A stretch of DNA of 62,798 nt, filler included, from 7 parts of 7 records of this genome joined end to end with filler, not necessarily neighbours in it, one strand, 5' to 3'; shown: positions 10,364 through 22,344, counted from the whole stretch's first letter. Program-made: numbers and translations. Notes: generated from the letters alone by a model not told the origin.

Positions 10364-10392
10364 AACAAAAAACCCCGCTTTCGCGGGGCTTT
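10364..10392. repeat. Terminal direct repeat, copy 2
   Basis: Identical to 1-29. Confidence 0.95.
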
Positions 10393-10492
10393 NNNNNNNN
10401 NNNNNNNNNNNNNNNNNNNNNNNNNNNNNNNNNNNNTTAATTAATTAANNNNNNNNNNNNNNNNNNNNNNNNNNNNNNNNNNNNNNNNNNNN
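10393..10492. other. Artificial contig spacer (also 18130-18229, 37200-37299, 43909-44008, 49342-49441, 56261-56360)
   Basis: N-runs flanking TTAATTAATTAA, which has stops in all six frames. Confidence 0.99.
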
Positions 10493-10521
10493 GAGACAGA
10501 GACAGAGACAGACAGAGAGAC
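10493..10521. repeat. (GAGACA)n-type microsatellite at contig end
   Basis: Direct reading. Confidence 0.85.
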
Positions 10522-10693
10522 AAAAGCACCCCGGACAGGGGGAGACACACAGGGCAGAGTGGAGAGAGTGCGTGTGGGGCCACCTCATCTTTGCAGGCGG
10601 CATATAAAATTTGAAAAATACGTACTTCTTGGGGTTAGGTTCAATTAATATTAAATATTTTATCGAATTATCACGCTAGTGCAGCTGATCTGA

Positions 10694-13661
10694 TCAGACT
10701 GCGCCATCCTCAAGCAGCAACTCTGCAGCCTCCTCTTCGTCGGAATGGACTTTGAAAGATTCCACTGCATCAACTGTGTCCATGAGACGTTTCATCATCG
10801 CATCCTGATGGGAGAGTGCTTCTTGCATGGCCGCTTGAATGTTCATGACCACTTGCCGTGAGTCGTTGACGGCAGCCTTGTTTGCAGGCGAGAGCTTTCG
10901 TTCGGGCGCTTCAAAGCTGGAACTGTTGACATTGCTGCTGCTCTGGTCACTGAGAAGCGTGTTTAGGCTCAGGGTATGAACAAGACTTGCACCAAGCTCA
11001 TCTTCGTCGGAATCGTCACTCAAAAACTCGTCGTCTGTAACAACAACGGATCCGTCCCTGGTTCGGTCGTCTTTAAGAGAATCTGGGAACGACAACAACC
11101 AGCGGATGTGGACGCTTGTTGGGCTATTGCAAGATATCCTGATTCAGGGGACACTCACATTCATTCATTCTGGAAACACACATACCGAGTACTTTGATCC
11201 CATTTTCCTCGCACAGTTTCACAAGTCGGCGGATTTTGGATCGTGCCAGCCGATATTTGTGTGACCTCGAAGCATGCTTGGTCAACAAAGACTGAAAACA
11301 GTTGCAACAAGGTAAGAGACAACTAAATGAAACGTGTAGAACACGAACAATGCTAAAACAAACACCTACTCTATTTTCTTCTTTCAACTTGCGAATTTCA
11401 GCATTGAGCTCTGTCTTGGTCCGAGCGAGCTGACAAGAAGATGAAACGATCACAGGCGTGAGGAGGACATTGCCAGGGAAAAAGAACGACGCCACCATGA
11501 GCAAGGAATGCATGAACAGTCAACACATGTACGCACCGCAACGCGAAGCTAGTCCCCAGTCAAATACGTTGAGCCACAAACCATTCAAAATTGACAAAAG
11601 ATACACTTAGACAACAACAAACAACAAGAACAACGCAACGACCTGGACGAGGAACAACCGTGCCCGAGCGGTTGGAGCTCAACACCCACCTTGTCAATTT
11701 CCTCTTGCAACTTTTCAGAAGAGTTTTCTTGTGCGTCCTCAGTTTTCTTGAGCAAGCCTTGATAGTACACACTGCGTCGTCGTGCACTCACTTTTTCTTT
11801 GACCACTTGCCCTTTGAGTTGCAGCGCAGACGCAAGTTGCGAGAATCGTTTCCTGTGCATGTTGGAAAGTGCGCATGAGTCCGTTTCTGCAACAAGTGCT
11901 TAATGCAAAATATCAGCCGGGTCCGACTAATGGATCACTTACATAATGGTCGTTCGTTCTTTCATCGCGGTCATGGCAACATTCCAACGCTCTTTTTGCC
12001 GTCGTTTTTGTGCCAGCACCGACTGAACGTCAAAATGCAGGAAACAGTCAAAGCGGGCAACGGGCCCCACATGCTGTGCCAAAGACAGCCGTGGCATGAA
12101 AGCGAGCAAGCACCAATCAACACCCACCATTTTGGCAAGACGCCATCGCTCCCTCGCTGGACTGACAGTCCCAGTTCCAGCAGATTGTTGCGAAGCAAGC
12201 TTTCGTTTGAGTTCTTGAATCTCGTTCTCCATTTGCTTGATGCGCGATTTGTCGTCTGTGACTTCGTTAGCTTGCACTCTGTTTTGAATGAGCATTGCCT
12301 GCAAAAATAGAGCATCGGGACGCAATTGAACAAGGTGTAGGCCACAAATTCCGCAAGCATTTCACTGCTTTAAATCCACACAAGTAACTCACCTTTAGAG
12401 CAAATCTCAAAGTATTTTTCGTTTCAGTTCGGTTCGAGCTCGCTGGCGATATTGTCGCTATTAGAGCTGTGCGAGAATTTCCACCAAGAGACGTCTTCAA
12501 TAGGTGCGTGAGCTTTGAATTGCGATAGGGAATGTGCTTTGTGGGTGTGTTGCGGCGTCGTGAAGGCGAAGGCGATCCAAACCCCCCTCCTTGTCTTTGC
12601 TTGCTGCGAGGAGTCTTGGCCCCTTTTGAGGTGCCGCCGCCTCCGTCCGCGGCATTTTTGGAATCAGAGATTTTAGACAGAATGCTGATCGCGTTTCCCA
12701 AACAGAGAAGGCTTGAATTGATCGCAATACCTGCACATCCCAAAAGCCAAAAACAGAAAAAGAGCAAAGTCATGTACCATAAAAAACTTTAGTTTGACGT
12801 TTTTTTTGCACGACAATGGTTGCGCTCAAGTGGAAGCGTGCCTTCTTGAAGCCGTTTGCCAGATGTCCCACTCCTCTTTGCCGACTCGGACCCGGCTAGA
12901 TCCACCAAGTTGAGCTGAGCCTGCTTGACAGAACCACTTTTGCTATCAAGAGTTTCAATATATATTGTGAATATAGAGTGAGAGCGGCTACTGTGGTCAT
13001 TCATTTTCGTGCTCCCGGTCGCTCGCCCTTTCAGACCATCTTCCATCAGCGTGAGGGCATCATCCACAGATGTGACCTGCGAGCAGGTTAACCCCACGAC
13101 ATTGATGTCGGTTCCTGTGTCTTGCAGTTTGAGGTTCTTTTTCGCCGGATCGAGCAAATCATTGATAGTTTCGTTGTATATTTCGAGGAACGAGCACCGG
13201 ATCAAGAAGCGCTTCGACGCGTGCCGGCGTTGGCTAGTGAAATCCCTGAATATGTCGTTGAGGGCTAGGACAATAATACCGGGCGACTGCGGAGTTCCAA
13301 TCATGGTGTATGTCTTGCCTGATCCAGTTTGTCCGTAGGCAAAGATAGTGCCGTTAAATCCGTCCAGTGCACCCTCAATGATGAACTTGACAGCCTCCTC
13401 GTAAATCTGCTTTGTCGTGCTTGATTGGCCGAACGTGTGGTCGTACACGAACGGGGTCGGTCCCTGAAAGGAGGCTTTACTGGGCGATTGAATCAGCTCC
13501 GACACCAGCGAATTGGATGTTTCTGCCTGTGGTGACAGCGCATCTGCAATTTCCTGCACGCCATCGTTGTCATCGACTTCCCAAGCAACCCCGCTCGCCT
13601 GCTCCTCCTCGCCCACCAACGACCGCAGGCGCACAGCCACTTGCAGCCGCTCTGAACTCAT
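10694..13661 (-). CDS. Kinesin, N-terminal motor (kinesin-7/CENP-E-like), multi-exon; 3' exons less certain
   Basis: [37 protein letters not shown] and [10 protein letters not shown] motifs; introns e.g. 12731-12841 and 12023-12127; coiled-coil tail. Confidence 0.9.
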
Positions 13662-14586
13662 TCTCGCGGGCCGTTCAACGCCAAAGGCCCGAAACGTAGC
13701 CAACCGCCAGCGCGAAGAAATTCAATCCCAAAAAGACGCGAACGTGATTTCGCAAGGAAGCACGTGAAAACCCCAACTACCGAACTCAGGGAGGATCCTC
13801 GCCATCAAGTCGGCCACAACCCCTTGTTGCCATTTTCTCCGCCATTGAGCGATTTTTCTCGGTCAACCCCAGCGAAGCAGCGTTCCGCCCGCAAACGTCA
13901 CACATTCCGAAAACAGCCGACGTTATGGTCATGTCATATCCAGCCCCAACAACAAGACGAAGAAGAAGCGAGAGTCGGTTGCTGGAGAACGAACAGACTT
14001 TTCCACAGCCTCTGCTGCTGTGTCTGCACGGCCCGCAGCACCTCAACAAGCTGAAAGCTACGGCTTCTTTTCTGTTTCCCCAGTGCAGTCGTTGTGAGTG
14101 ACCAGTGAGTGAGTGTGGCGTTGCAGGTGAGACTGTGGGCGTGAGAGAGCGCGAGAGAGTGAGAGTGAGCGAGTAAGTTGCTGTTGTGTGGATGGACAGC
14201 AAGCAATCGATCTTCCCGTCCAGCTGTCGCAACTTTATCCCAGCTCGCTTCGTACTATGTATTCCTTCATACAAAGTGACGGAAACGCGTTGACTACACC
14301 TCAACTAGTATACCTTTTCACTGCACAACTAATTGTTTTGCCTAAAATGTTGAAACTTTTTCGTTCAAACTCAACTTAAAACGGGTATTCGGGTTGACAT
14401 TTTTGATTATAAAACCTCTTGGTTTTGAAGTTCAAACCGAGAAGGCCCAGACACACTGTTGTTCCTGCCCAGACGAGGCGAGGGGCTATGGACTGAGACT
14501 GAGACGAGCTCACTGCCAAAGCGACTTCGAAAGTGAACTTTTTGCTCGCTCGTGTGGCTTCAACAGTCCTTTCTGGAGCAGGAGAG

Positions 14587-17493
14587 ATGAAGGATAGGAG
14601 CGGTAGGTTTTGAGGCAGCCTACTTGGAACTTGTTTTTTTTCTTTTTTCCCTTTTTTTTGGGGTTGGAAGGCGGTTTTATTCAGCACACTCTGGTGCGGT
14701 CAGTCTGCTTGGCCGTGACTCAGAGATGCGGCAGGGCAGCGAAAGCCAAGCCGTGACAAACAACTTGTGCATCATCGATTTTTGTTCGGTTTCCTTGGTG
14801 TGCATGTGGCTACGGATGTAATTGGTACTTGAGTGCCCGGAATATATTTAGATCATGGCAGAAAACCCCGCGTTTGGACTGAGGGAGCCACCCATGGCGA
14901 CCCAGGCCTAAACAGTTTTGCGGACAAGATGGATGCGCTAGACAACCAGTCCACTGTGAAAGCCATCGTCGAACGCCGTTTCAACGTCAAGATCTCAGAA
15001 AAGTGGTTCGTGAAGTCTGTTTGTCATTGGATTGTTCATTGTTGTGGATACGATACTCTTGAATGGTACTTATTTGGGACAAAATGGCTGCAACGGCCGC
15101 ACAGGATAAGCGAATGTCTCGGTTTTCTGAAACCAATTCTGCGAGGCTCGGCCAGCGCAGTTCGACAAGACCACGTGGTGGACATCGTTTGCTACCAGCT
15201 CCTTCTCAACGATTTGAAGCTGGTCTGCTCTGGCCATGGTTCTCTGCCTCCTCAGGTTGCGTTGATGCACAAAAAAATTGTGCGTGGCGAGTATATGCTG
15301 CAGCTTGAAGCCATCAACAACATTGGGTCCAGTTCGTCCCGCCAACCAACAGAAGCGCAGGAGGACGACCCGTTTTTAGAGCCAATGGAGACCAACGCTT
15401 CTCCTGGCTGGTCGCGGATGTTTAAGTTGTTGTTGACAGATGGAGTGCAGCACGTTCCAGCGATCGAGTTCCTCCCAATATCTGCCCTGCATGCCAAAAT
15501 CCCGATTGGCACCACAAAGCTTCTCATTCGTGATGTACGTGTACGTCGTGGCATCATTCAGCTCACGCCAACGAATACAACAGTACTTGAGATCAAAAAC
15601 AGTGATGGATCATCCAATGCACACTTTGTGGAAGTTGATTCAGCAACATTGCAGCTGTTGCACTCCAATAGTGGGCAGACTGGCTCCAGGGCAGCCGGGG
15701 GCTCGTCCAGGCCAACACCTTCATCCACGAATAAGAATCTGCGTGTCGCGCCGGCAGCTGGGTCTAGCGCACATAATCCAAGCACAAGCTCATCGACAAG
15801 CACCACACATAGCGGTAGTACGGCCAAAAGTGCTGAACCTGCTGCAGCTTTTGACGACGATTTTGACTTAGAGGATGGCTTTCTTGATGATTTATCTCAG
15901 GACGAATCTCCACAGCCAGCAGTAAAAACCACCACTTTGACTCCTCCTTTTTCTAGGGTGCAGCGTCTTCCAGCAAGCCCTCAAAAGGTATCAACGCCGC
16001 AAAATCTTTGCACGCCCGTGTCTTCATCGACCTCTTTCGTATCAGTTCAATCGGCGTCGTCTTCCTCAACAAGCTCATCAATTTCGTCAAGTAGTCCTTC
16101 GCGAACGGCTGCTCGGCCTCGGTCCTCGGCACGAACCCAAAGCGTGTCGAAAAAAGAGCTTCGAGAATACTGCAGGCGCACATGGGGATCAGATTGGTTT
16201 AAATCTAGCAAGACTGAGCGGTTGGAGCAGGCGAGATCCAAATGTAGGGGGCACGACGGCACCAATCCCGCAAACGTTCGTAGTCGGCTTGTGAAGAATG
16301 TGATCTTGTGAAGAATGTCGTATGTTGTTGGCACAGGCTAATTGCAGTTTCTCACATATCCACGTTTTCCATGCCTTGTGTTTGTAGCGAGCGCCAGCCG
16401 TCGACTTTGACGACGATTTTGAAGACGACTTTAACGAAATTGACTTCGATTTCCACGATTTCGGTGACACAGCTGGCCCTCACGACCAAAAAGCGAGTGC
16501 CAATCAAAGCTGCGCTGACAACGAAGTGAATGATTTCCCAGACAGCAACGATTTTGTTGATAGATCCATGGACGATGGTGAGCCAGACCAGGATGAGCTG
16601 GACATGTTGGAAGAGGTGCCAGAAGGATTGAACCCAGTCACCACCGTGCGTGTATTCGATTTGTCTCCCGCTTTTTGTGAGCGCCATACCGGTTTTGCGT
16701 CCTGACATGCGTGCCCTCAAAAACACCTGTTTCAGCGTGGGCCTTCAACACCACAGCGGGCCCAAGCCGTGAACGAAATAGCAAGTGGCAGCCTCGATCC
16801 AGCTCCCAAATCTGAAATGGTATACAGCGCCCTTGCCGACATTCCTGCTGGAACAACTGGCAGGGTACTTGTGAAGCTTTTGAACGTTGTAAAACTCGAA
16901 GCCACCGAGACTGGGTATGATTGCCATTTGCGTGTCCGCGACGCGCACAGCACCACAAACATGGCGCTGAGCGACGACCTGCTCACAGAAGGCATTGGAG
17001 CGCCAAGTTTCGTTTACTCCTCAACTCGAGATGAATTAAGGGCGCTCAAACGTAAGCCTGTGAAGTCACTGTCCAAGCAGGAAGTAGGGCGTCGGAGAGC
17101 GTGAGTTGTGTGGATGCTTGTGTGGTTTCGCTCTGTGTCCTTTGCCTGAAACGCATTTACGCCTTACGTCAGCCAACTGCGATCGTGCACAGACTGAAGC
17201 CCAACTTGCAGAATTGGAAAAAGAAAATGAAGGGCTTCCTGAAATTGGTAAAAACGCTGAAGGAGCCAGTTATCGCCACAGTTGAAGTTTGGCCGGTGTG
17301 TTGTCTCTCCCATGGCACCTGCTGCGCTGCACTTGCGCAGCAAAAAAAACTCAAGTTATGCTGTTTGATTGTCGCATTACAGGCGAGCCAACGATCACCA
17401 GGCGGTGGAGAGTTGATGAATACTGTAATTGATGTTGAGTATGATCTTTTCTCTAGCCCCGACGACAAAACCTCAGATGAGCACCAACAATAA
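14587..17493 (+). CDS. RMI1: RecQ-mediated genome instability protein 1, multi-exon; first exon tentative
   Basis: N-terminal OB fold (RMFKLLLTDG...AIEF...KLLIRDVRVRRGIIQLTP), Ser- and acid-rich linker, second OB-like domain at about 16740-17490. Confidence 0.75.
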
Positions 17494-17665
17494 GTTACAA
17501 ACAGTACAACAGAGGCGCCGCTAATCTCCTGCGCACAAATCGAGCATTTTAAACCCTCGACGGCCACGCAACATTTCGAGAAGCCGCTGCTTCAAAGAAA
17601 ATACTATATCCTGCACTATTCGTAATTCCAATGTCCCAGGCACCTCAGCACGCAAAACCTGAAAT

Positions 17666-18001
17666 CTAATGGTGACCCTTGGCATTCTCAGCAGAGTCGT
17701 CCTTGTAGTACTTGGTCAAGTATTGTTTCGCGTACGGACTGTTCTTGAGCGAGTCGTTGTCAATGCCGCGGGCTGGAAGGATGCCGCAGACCACGAACGC
17801 AGTCCTACACAATCACAAAAGTGGCAACGAAGAGTTAATGTCCTGAAGTGGAAAATCTCAGATGAGTACAACACACGAAGTCACCTATCACAGTAACGAA
17901 CACGAAGCATCAACGTACGCAGCACCGTAGATGAAAATATCCATCTGCTTGTTCTTCATCGCACCTCCAAGGGTGGTGAGGGCCTTGCCGAAAAAGCTCA
18001 T
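17666..18001 (-). CDS. 73-aa single-TM protein, probable mitochondrial ATP synthase subunit i/j (6 kDa); exons 18001-17919 and 17804-17666
   Basis: Spliced product MSFFGKALTTLGGAMKNKQMDIFIYGAATAFVVCGILPARGIDNDSLKNSPYAKQYLTKYYKDDSAENAKGHH; GT-AG intron 17805-17918 in matching phase; strong C/G-ending codon bias. Confidence 0.6.
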
Positions 18002-18229
18002 GTTTGTGAGGTCTCAAGTTCGAATCGGCAAAAAGCTAACAAAATTTCAGGAGGCACACTTCCCCGCAGCACCAGCCGACACAGCCAGCCGCAACCACAC
18101 CACCACGCCACCACGCCACCACGCCACCANNNNNNNNNNNNNNNNNNNNNNNNNNNNNNNNNNNNNNNNNNNNTTAATTAATTAANNNNNNNNNNNNNNN
18201 NNNNNNNNNNNNNNNNNNNNNNNNNNNNN

Positions 18230-18485
18230 CAAGATCCACCCGGGCGATGCCATGGACAAAAACCTCTATGACCTTCCGCCGGAAGAGCTCAAAGACGTTC
18301 CGACCGTTTGTGGTTCGCTGCGCGAAGCACTTACCAGCCTCGATGCAGACCGCGAGTTCCTTAAAAAAGGCGACGTGATGACCGACGACCTGATCGATGC
18401 ATACATCGGTTTGAAAATGGAAGAAGTCATTCGCTTCGAACAGTCCCCGCACCCGGTCGAATTCGACATGTACTACAGCGCATAA
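18230..18485 (+). CDS. glnA: Glutamine synthetase type I, C-terminal fragment (contig edge)
   Basis: [19 protein letters not shown]...[12 protein letters not shown]. Confidence 0.97.
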
Positions 18486-18516
18486 TCCTTTCAGCCGAAA
18501 GGACGACGCCAAAGCG

Positions 18517-18547
18517 AAACGCCCGGTCATCATGACCGGGCGTTTTT
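18517..18547 (+). terminator. Rho-independent terminator after glnA
   Basis: AAACGCCCGGTCAT-c-ATGACCGGGCGTTT hairpin followed by a T run. Confidence 0.85.
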
Positions 18548-18690
18548 CTTTTCGGCTAAAACAAAAAGCAACCTTCCGAATAGTGTTTGACCCACCTTTA
18601 GTATAGTTATTAAATAGACTATACAGACAAGTCATCTGCAACTGATAGCTTCGTCCCCAATGCATCAAACACTCTCAGGAGAGCGTCTGC

Positions 18691-20445
18691 ATGGCAGCAC
18701 AGCATTTGTCGGGGAAATTTCACGACAAGCAACTTGAAAAGATCAAGGACCAATGGAAAAAGGGCGACCGCCAGAATGCAGTCAATCAATGTCAAGAAAT
18801 ACTGCGCAGCGCCCCGCAATATGCACCGGCCCATTTGATCTATGCTGGTTTTCTAAGTGATAGTGGCAATGCACAGGAAGCAGCCAAACACTATGAAGCG
18901 GCCTGCAGTCTCCCCGAAACAGCGCCGGAATGCTTCCTTGGCTTTGCCGACTTTCTCAAACGGGGCGGTCAGTTGCTTAATGCTCAGGAAGTTCTATCAG
19001 TTGGCATTAAGAAGTGGCCTAAAACTGCGGCGATAGCGCGCGAACTGGGGGTACTGCTCTCGGAAAACGACCAACACCATCACGCACTTCTGATGTTTGA
19101 ACATTGTTTGAAACTTCATCCAGAAGACTGGATTTGCTGGAACCACTTAGGCTGCAGTCGAGTACAGAACAACCGCGCCGAAACCGCACTCGAATGTTTT
19201 GACAAGAGCCTAGCACTTATAGCCAAATCGCCACTTCAAGTGGCCACCGAGCGTGATATCGAAAATATCGAGATTAATAAAGCCAGTGCTCTAATCCACG
19301 CTGGCAAGACAGAAGCTGCACGCCGAATGCTTGAGGAAATTTTGGCGAAGACTCCAGAAAGCCATAGAGCGTGGCCGATGCTTGCAAAACTTGTAGAATG
19401 TAGCCCTGACCAAATAGAACAGATGGAAAGCTGCGTTCAAAATGCACAAAACTCGGGGGACGAGGATGCACTAAGTGATCTTCATTTCGCACTGGGCCGG
19501 GCTTGGGACAATGCGAAATATCCCAAAAGGTCTATGACCCACCTAGATGCAGGAAACAGAATTGTTCGTTCTAAACTGGACTATGATTCTTTTGCTGTCT
19601 GTGACCGTATCCGGCACACACCCGATTTCTTTCCCCCCAAGACCTTCATAAATATCGAGAAACAACGCAAATCGAACAAGTTAAATTTACGACCGATTTT
19701 TATTGTCGGAATGCCACGTAGTGGATCTACCCTAACCGAACAAATTATTGCGTCTCATCCTCAGATTATCGGCGCCGGGGAACTGACGTCCTTGCCCGTC
19801 ATAAAAAAAGGGCTTCTCGGCGCGGATTTCCCAAGCCGCCCGGAACATCGAGCTCTCGCGCATGCCCCTGAAACAATAAGTCAGCTCCGCAAGGCCTATC
19901 TAGATGAGATTGCACGCGTTGTTTATGACCTTCATCCCGACCACGACCTTGAAAAGGATCAATTTCTTGTTGTCGACAAGATGCTGGGAAACTTCGATAT
20001 GATAGGCATGATCTTGCAAGCTATTCCTGAGGCGCAAATCATTCATTGTAGGAGAAACAAGATCGACACCTGCTTGTCTTGCTACTCCATGCGGTTCAGC
20101 TCCCCGGTTAACTATTCATATGATCAAAAAGAACTGGCCGAGTTCTATAACGCCTATGAAGAACAGATGAAATATTGGCACGCACATGTCCCCCCCTCGT
20201 CCCTGATTGAAAGTCGGTATGAAGACATGATCGCCGACACAGAGGGACAAGCACGTAAACTGCTCGATTTCATTGGTATGCCTTGGGATTCGAAGGTGCT
20301 CGACTTTTACAAGCAAAAGCGAACAGTAAGCACAGCCAGCATGTCTCAGGTCCGTAAACCGATATACAAAAGCAGTGTGGAACGTTGGCGTCCATTTGAA
20401 CCATATATACGGCCAATGCTGGACATTCTGGGCGAGGACGGTTAG
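18691..20445 (+). CDS. TPR-containing sulfotransferase
   Basis: TPR-like N-terminal half; PAPS-binding motifs IFIVGMPRSGSTL and HCRRNKIDTCLSCY. Confidence 0.92.
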   Translation: MAAQHLSGKFHDKQLEKIKDQWKKGDRQNAVNQCQEILRSAPQYAPAHLIYAGFLSDSGNAQEAAKHYEAACSLPETAPECFLGFADFLKRGGQLLNAQEVLSVGIKKWPKTAAIARELGVLLSENDQHHHALLMFEHCLKLHPEDWICWNHLGCSRVQNNRAETALECFDKSLALIAKSPLQVATERDIENIEINKASALIHAGKTEAARRMLEEILAKTPESHRAWPMLAKLVECSPDQIEQMESCVQNAQNSGDEDALSDLHFALGRAWDNAKYPKRSMTHLDAGNRIVRSKLDYDSFAVCDRIRHTPDFFPPKTFINIEKQRKSNKLNLRPIFIVGMPRSGSTLTEQIIASHPQIIGAGELTSLPVIKKGLLGADFPSRPEHRALAHAPETISQLRKAYLDEIARVVYDLHPDHDLEKDQFLVVDKMLGNFDMIGMILQAIPEAQIIHCRRNKIDTCLSCYSMRFSSPVNYSYDQKELAEFYNAYEEQMKYWHAHVPPSSLIESRYEDMIADTEGQARKLLDFIGMPWDSKVLDFYKQKRTVSTASMSQVRKPIYKSSVERWRPFEPYIRPMLDILGEDG

Positions 20446-20548
20446 CCGCATACTAAGTTTTCTTTTATCCTCTGCGGTACTGCGCCACTACAAAATGAAA
20501 AACTTCCGCAGCATTGGGTAACTTGGATAACGAACAAGGCAGCTAGAC

Positions 20549-22273
20549 ATGAGCGACACCGCACGGAAGAAAAATCTTTTGGCCAAGGCCTTTAGGCAAT
20601 TCAACTCAGGAAACCTGGCTGCGGCAAAGAACGCTTTATTCGAGTTACAGGCGTACTCGGTATTAACGTCTGGCGTGAAGCATCTCGAAGCCAAAATCCT
20701 GCAAGTGAATGGAAAACTTGCCGAAGCGGCGAAGGCTTATGAAGCCGCCTGCAATATGGCGGATACACACCCGAACTGCTTCCTTGACCTCGCTGACATA
20801 ATGCGGCGCACAGGTAATAAGAAGCAGGAACGCGAAATTTTGATCGTGGCGTTCAGGCGCTTCCCCCAGGATGCCCGCATTGCTGCCAAACTTGGATTGG
20901 CGATGTTCGACGAGGGACACGTGAACCAAGTGCGAAAGCTGTTGGAATACGCACTTAATACTGACGGAAACAACATTGATGTACGTCAGGCCGCAGGCAC
21001 ATTCTATCGTGCTATTGGACAGCCCGATTTGGCCACAACACATTTCAAGCAGGCCTTGAAAGTTACGGGAAAAACCACAGGAACGAAAAATACACCGAGA
21101 CGTGAAGAACTGTCCTTATTGGTGGCCGAGGCTGCGAGGGATAACGGGGATATACTGACAGCAGAAAACACATTACGCCGAGTAATAAGGCTCAATCCTA
21201 AAAACACCCGCGCATGGCTAATTCTGAGCGATGTTATCCGGTTCACCCCAAACGCACCAGAGATTACGAAAATGTCCAGCCTTCTGGTAGACCGAAAGAG
21301 CATTCTCTCTGCGCCTGACCGAATTGACTTGGGCTTCGCTCTTGGCAAGGCATTCATCGATTCCGGTCAGCCAAAACAGGCAATGGAACATTTGACCCCT
21401 GCCAATCGCCTGCGCCGAGATCAGTTATCCTACGATATTGATGCTATCTGTCGCAGACTGGAAAATTATCGCACGTGTTTTTCCCCGAAGATTGTGCAAC
21501 AAAGGCGTGCATCTTTGCTGGACCAGAACGGATCCGGATCAGCCCCAGTTTTCATTGTTGGCATGCCTCGTTCAGGAACAACACTGATTGAACAAATACT
21601 TGCAACCCATGAACAGGTATTCGGCGCAGATGAACTCACCACCCTCCCCCGACTAAAACGTAAAATTTTCGGGCCTGATTTCCCCGATGTCGCCGGCAGC
21701 ATCGATTGGGCAATGTCAAAAGAGAGGCTGTCTCTCCTTGCTGCATCCTACATCAACGAAAGTCGGCAATATATTGACAAACCGACAAACCACTACCGTT
21801 ACCTGATTGATAAACTGCCAGGAAACTTTGTGTTCTCCGGGTTAATTACGATGGCCATGCCCAATGCCCGCATTATTCATTGCCGCAGAAACCCGATCGA
21901 CACCTGCCTGTCTTGTTTCAGCAAGTATTTCGTATCGGGACAGAGTTTCAGTTATGATCTATCTGAACTCGGTCGTTACTACCGCGCCTATGAACAACTG
22001 ATGGCACATTGGCATAATGTGTTGCCCGCAAGCAACTTCATCGAAATCCGTTACGAAGATATGATTGCTGATACTGAAACCGAGGTCCGGCGTCTAACAA
22101 ACTTTCTTGACCTTGACTGGGATCCGGCGTTGCTTACTTTTCACAAAAACCGCCGCTCAGTCCGCACCGCAAGCGCCAATCAGGTCAGAAAACCAATTTA
22201 TAGTAGCAGTGTCGAGCGCTGGAAACCTTACGCCCCATACATCCAGCCTTTACTTTCAGCACTGAACAAATAA
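20549..22273 (+). CDS. TPR-containing sulfotransferase
   Basis: VFIVGMPRSGTTL, DKLPGNF and HCRRNPIDTCLSCF motifs. Confidence 0.92.
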   Translation: MSDTARKKNLLAKAFRQFNSGNLAAAKNALFELQAYSVLTSGVKHLEAKILQVNGKLAEAAKAYEAACNMADTHPNCFLDLADIMRRTGNKKQEREILIVAFRRFPQDARIAAKLGLAMFDEGHVNQVRKLLEYALNTDGNNIDVRQAAGTFYRAIGQPDLATTHFKQALKVTGKTTGTKNTPRREELSLLVAEAARDNGDILTAENTLRRVIRLNPKNTRAWLILSDVIRFTPNAPEITKMSSLLVDRKSILSAPDRIDLGFALGKAFIDSGQPKQAMEHLTPANRLRRDQLSYDIDAICRRLENYRTCFSPKIVQQRRASLLDQNGSGSAPVFIVGMPRSGTTLIEQILATHEQVFGADELTTLPRLKRKIFGPDFPDVAGSIDWAMSKERLSLLAASYINESRQYIDKPTNHYRYLIDKLPGNFVFSGLITMAMPNARIIHCRRNPIDTCLSCFSKYFVSGQSFSYDLSELGRYYRAYEQLMAHWHNVLPASNFIEIRYEDMIADTETEVRRLTNFLDLDWDPALLTFHKNRRSVRTASANQVRKPIYSSSVERWKPYAPYIQPLLSALNK

Positions 22274-22344
22274 CCGCGCAAACGTGATCAGGTGTGCGTT
22301 TATGGCTCACGACACTTGAAACTTGCAAACCTAGGTCTATGCCC

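Larger units (their letters stand above)
1..10392. mobile_element. Probable tRNA-targeted genomic island unit (or excised circle) carrying an acid-sugar catabolic operon
   Basis: Identical 29-bp sequence at both contig ends; tRNA-3'-like core at 63-69; integrase pseudogene at one end and a recombinase fragment at the other. Confidence 0.7.

Noticed and set aside
10437-10448. Recurrent TTAATTAATTAA palindrome within N-runs as a biological repeat or CRISPR-like unit
   Set aside because: It is an artificial six-frame stop linker placed between contigs
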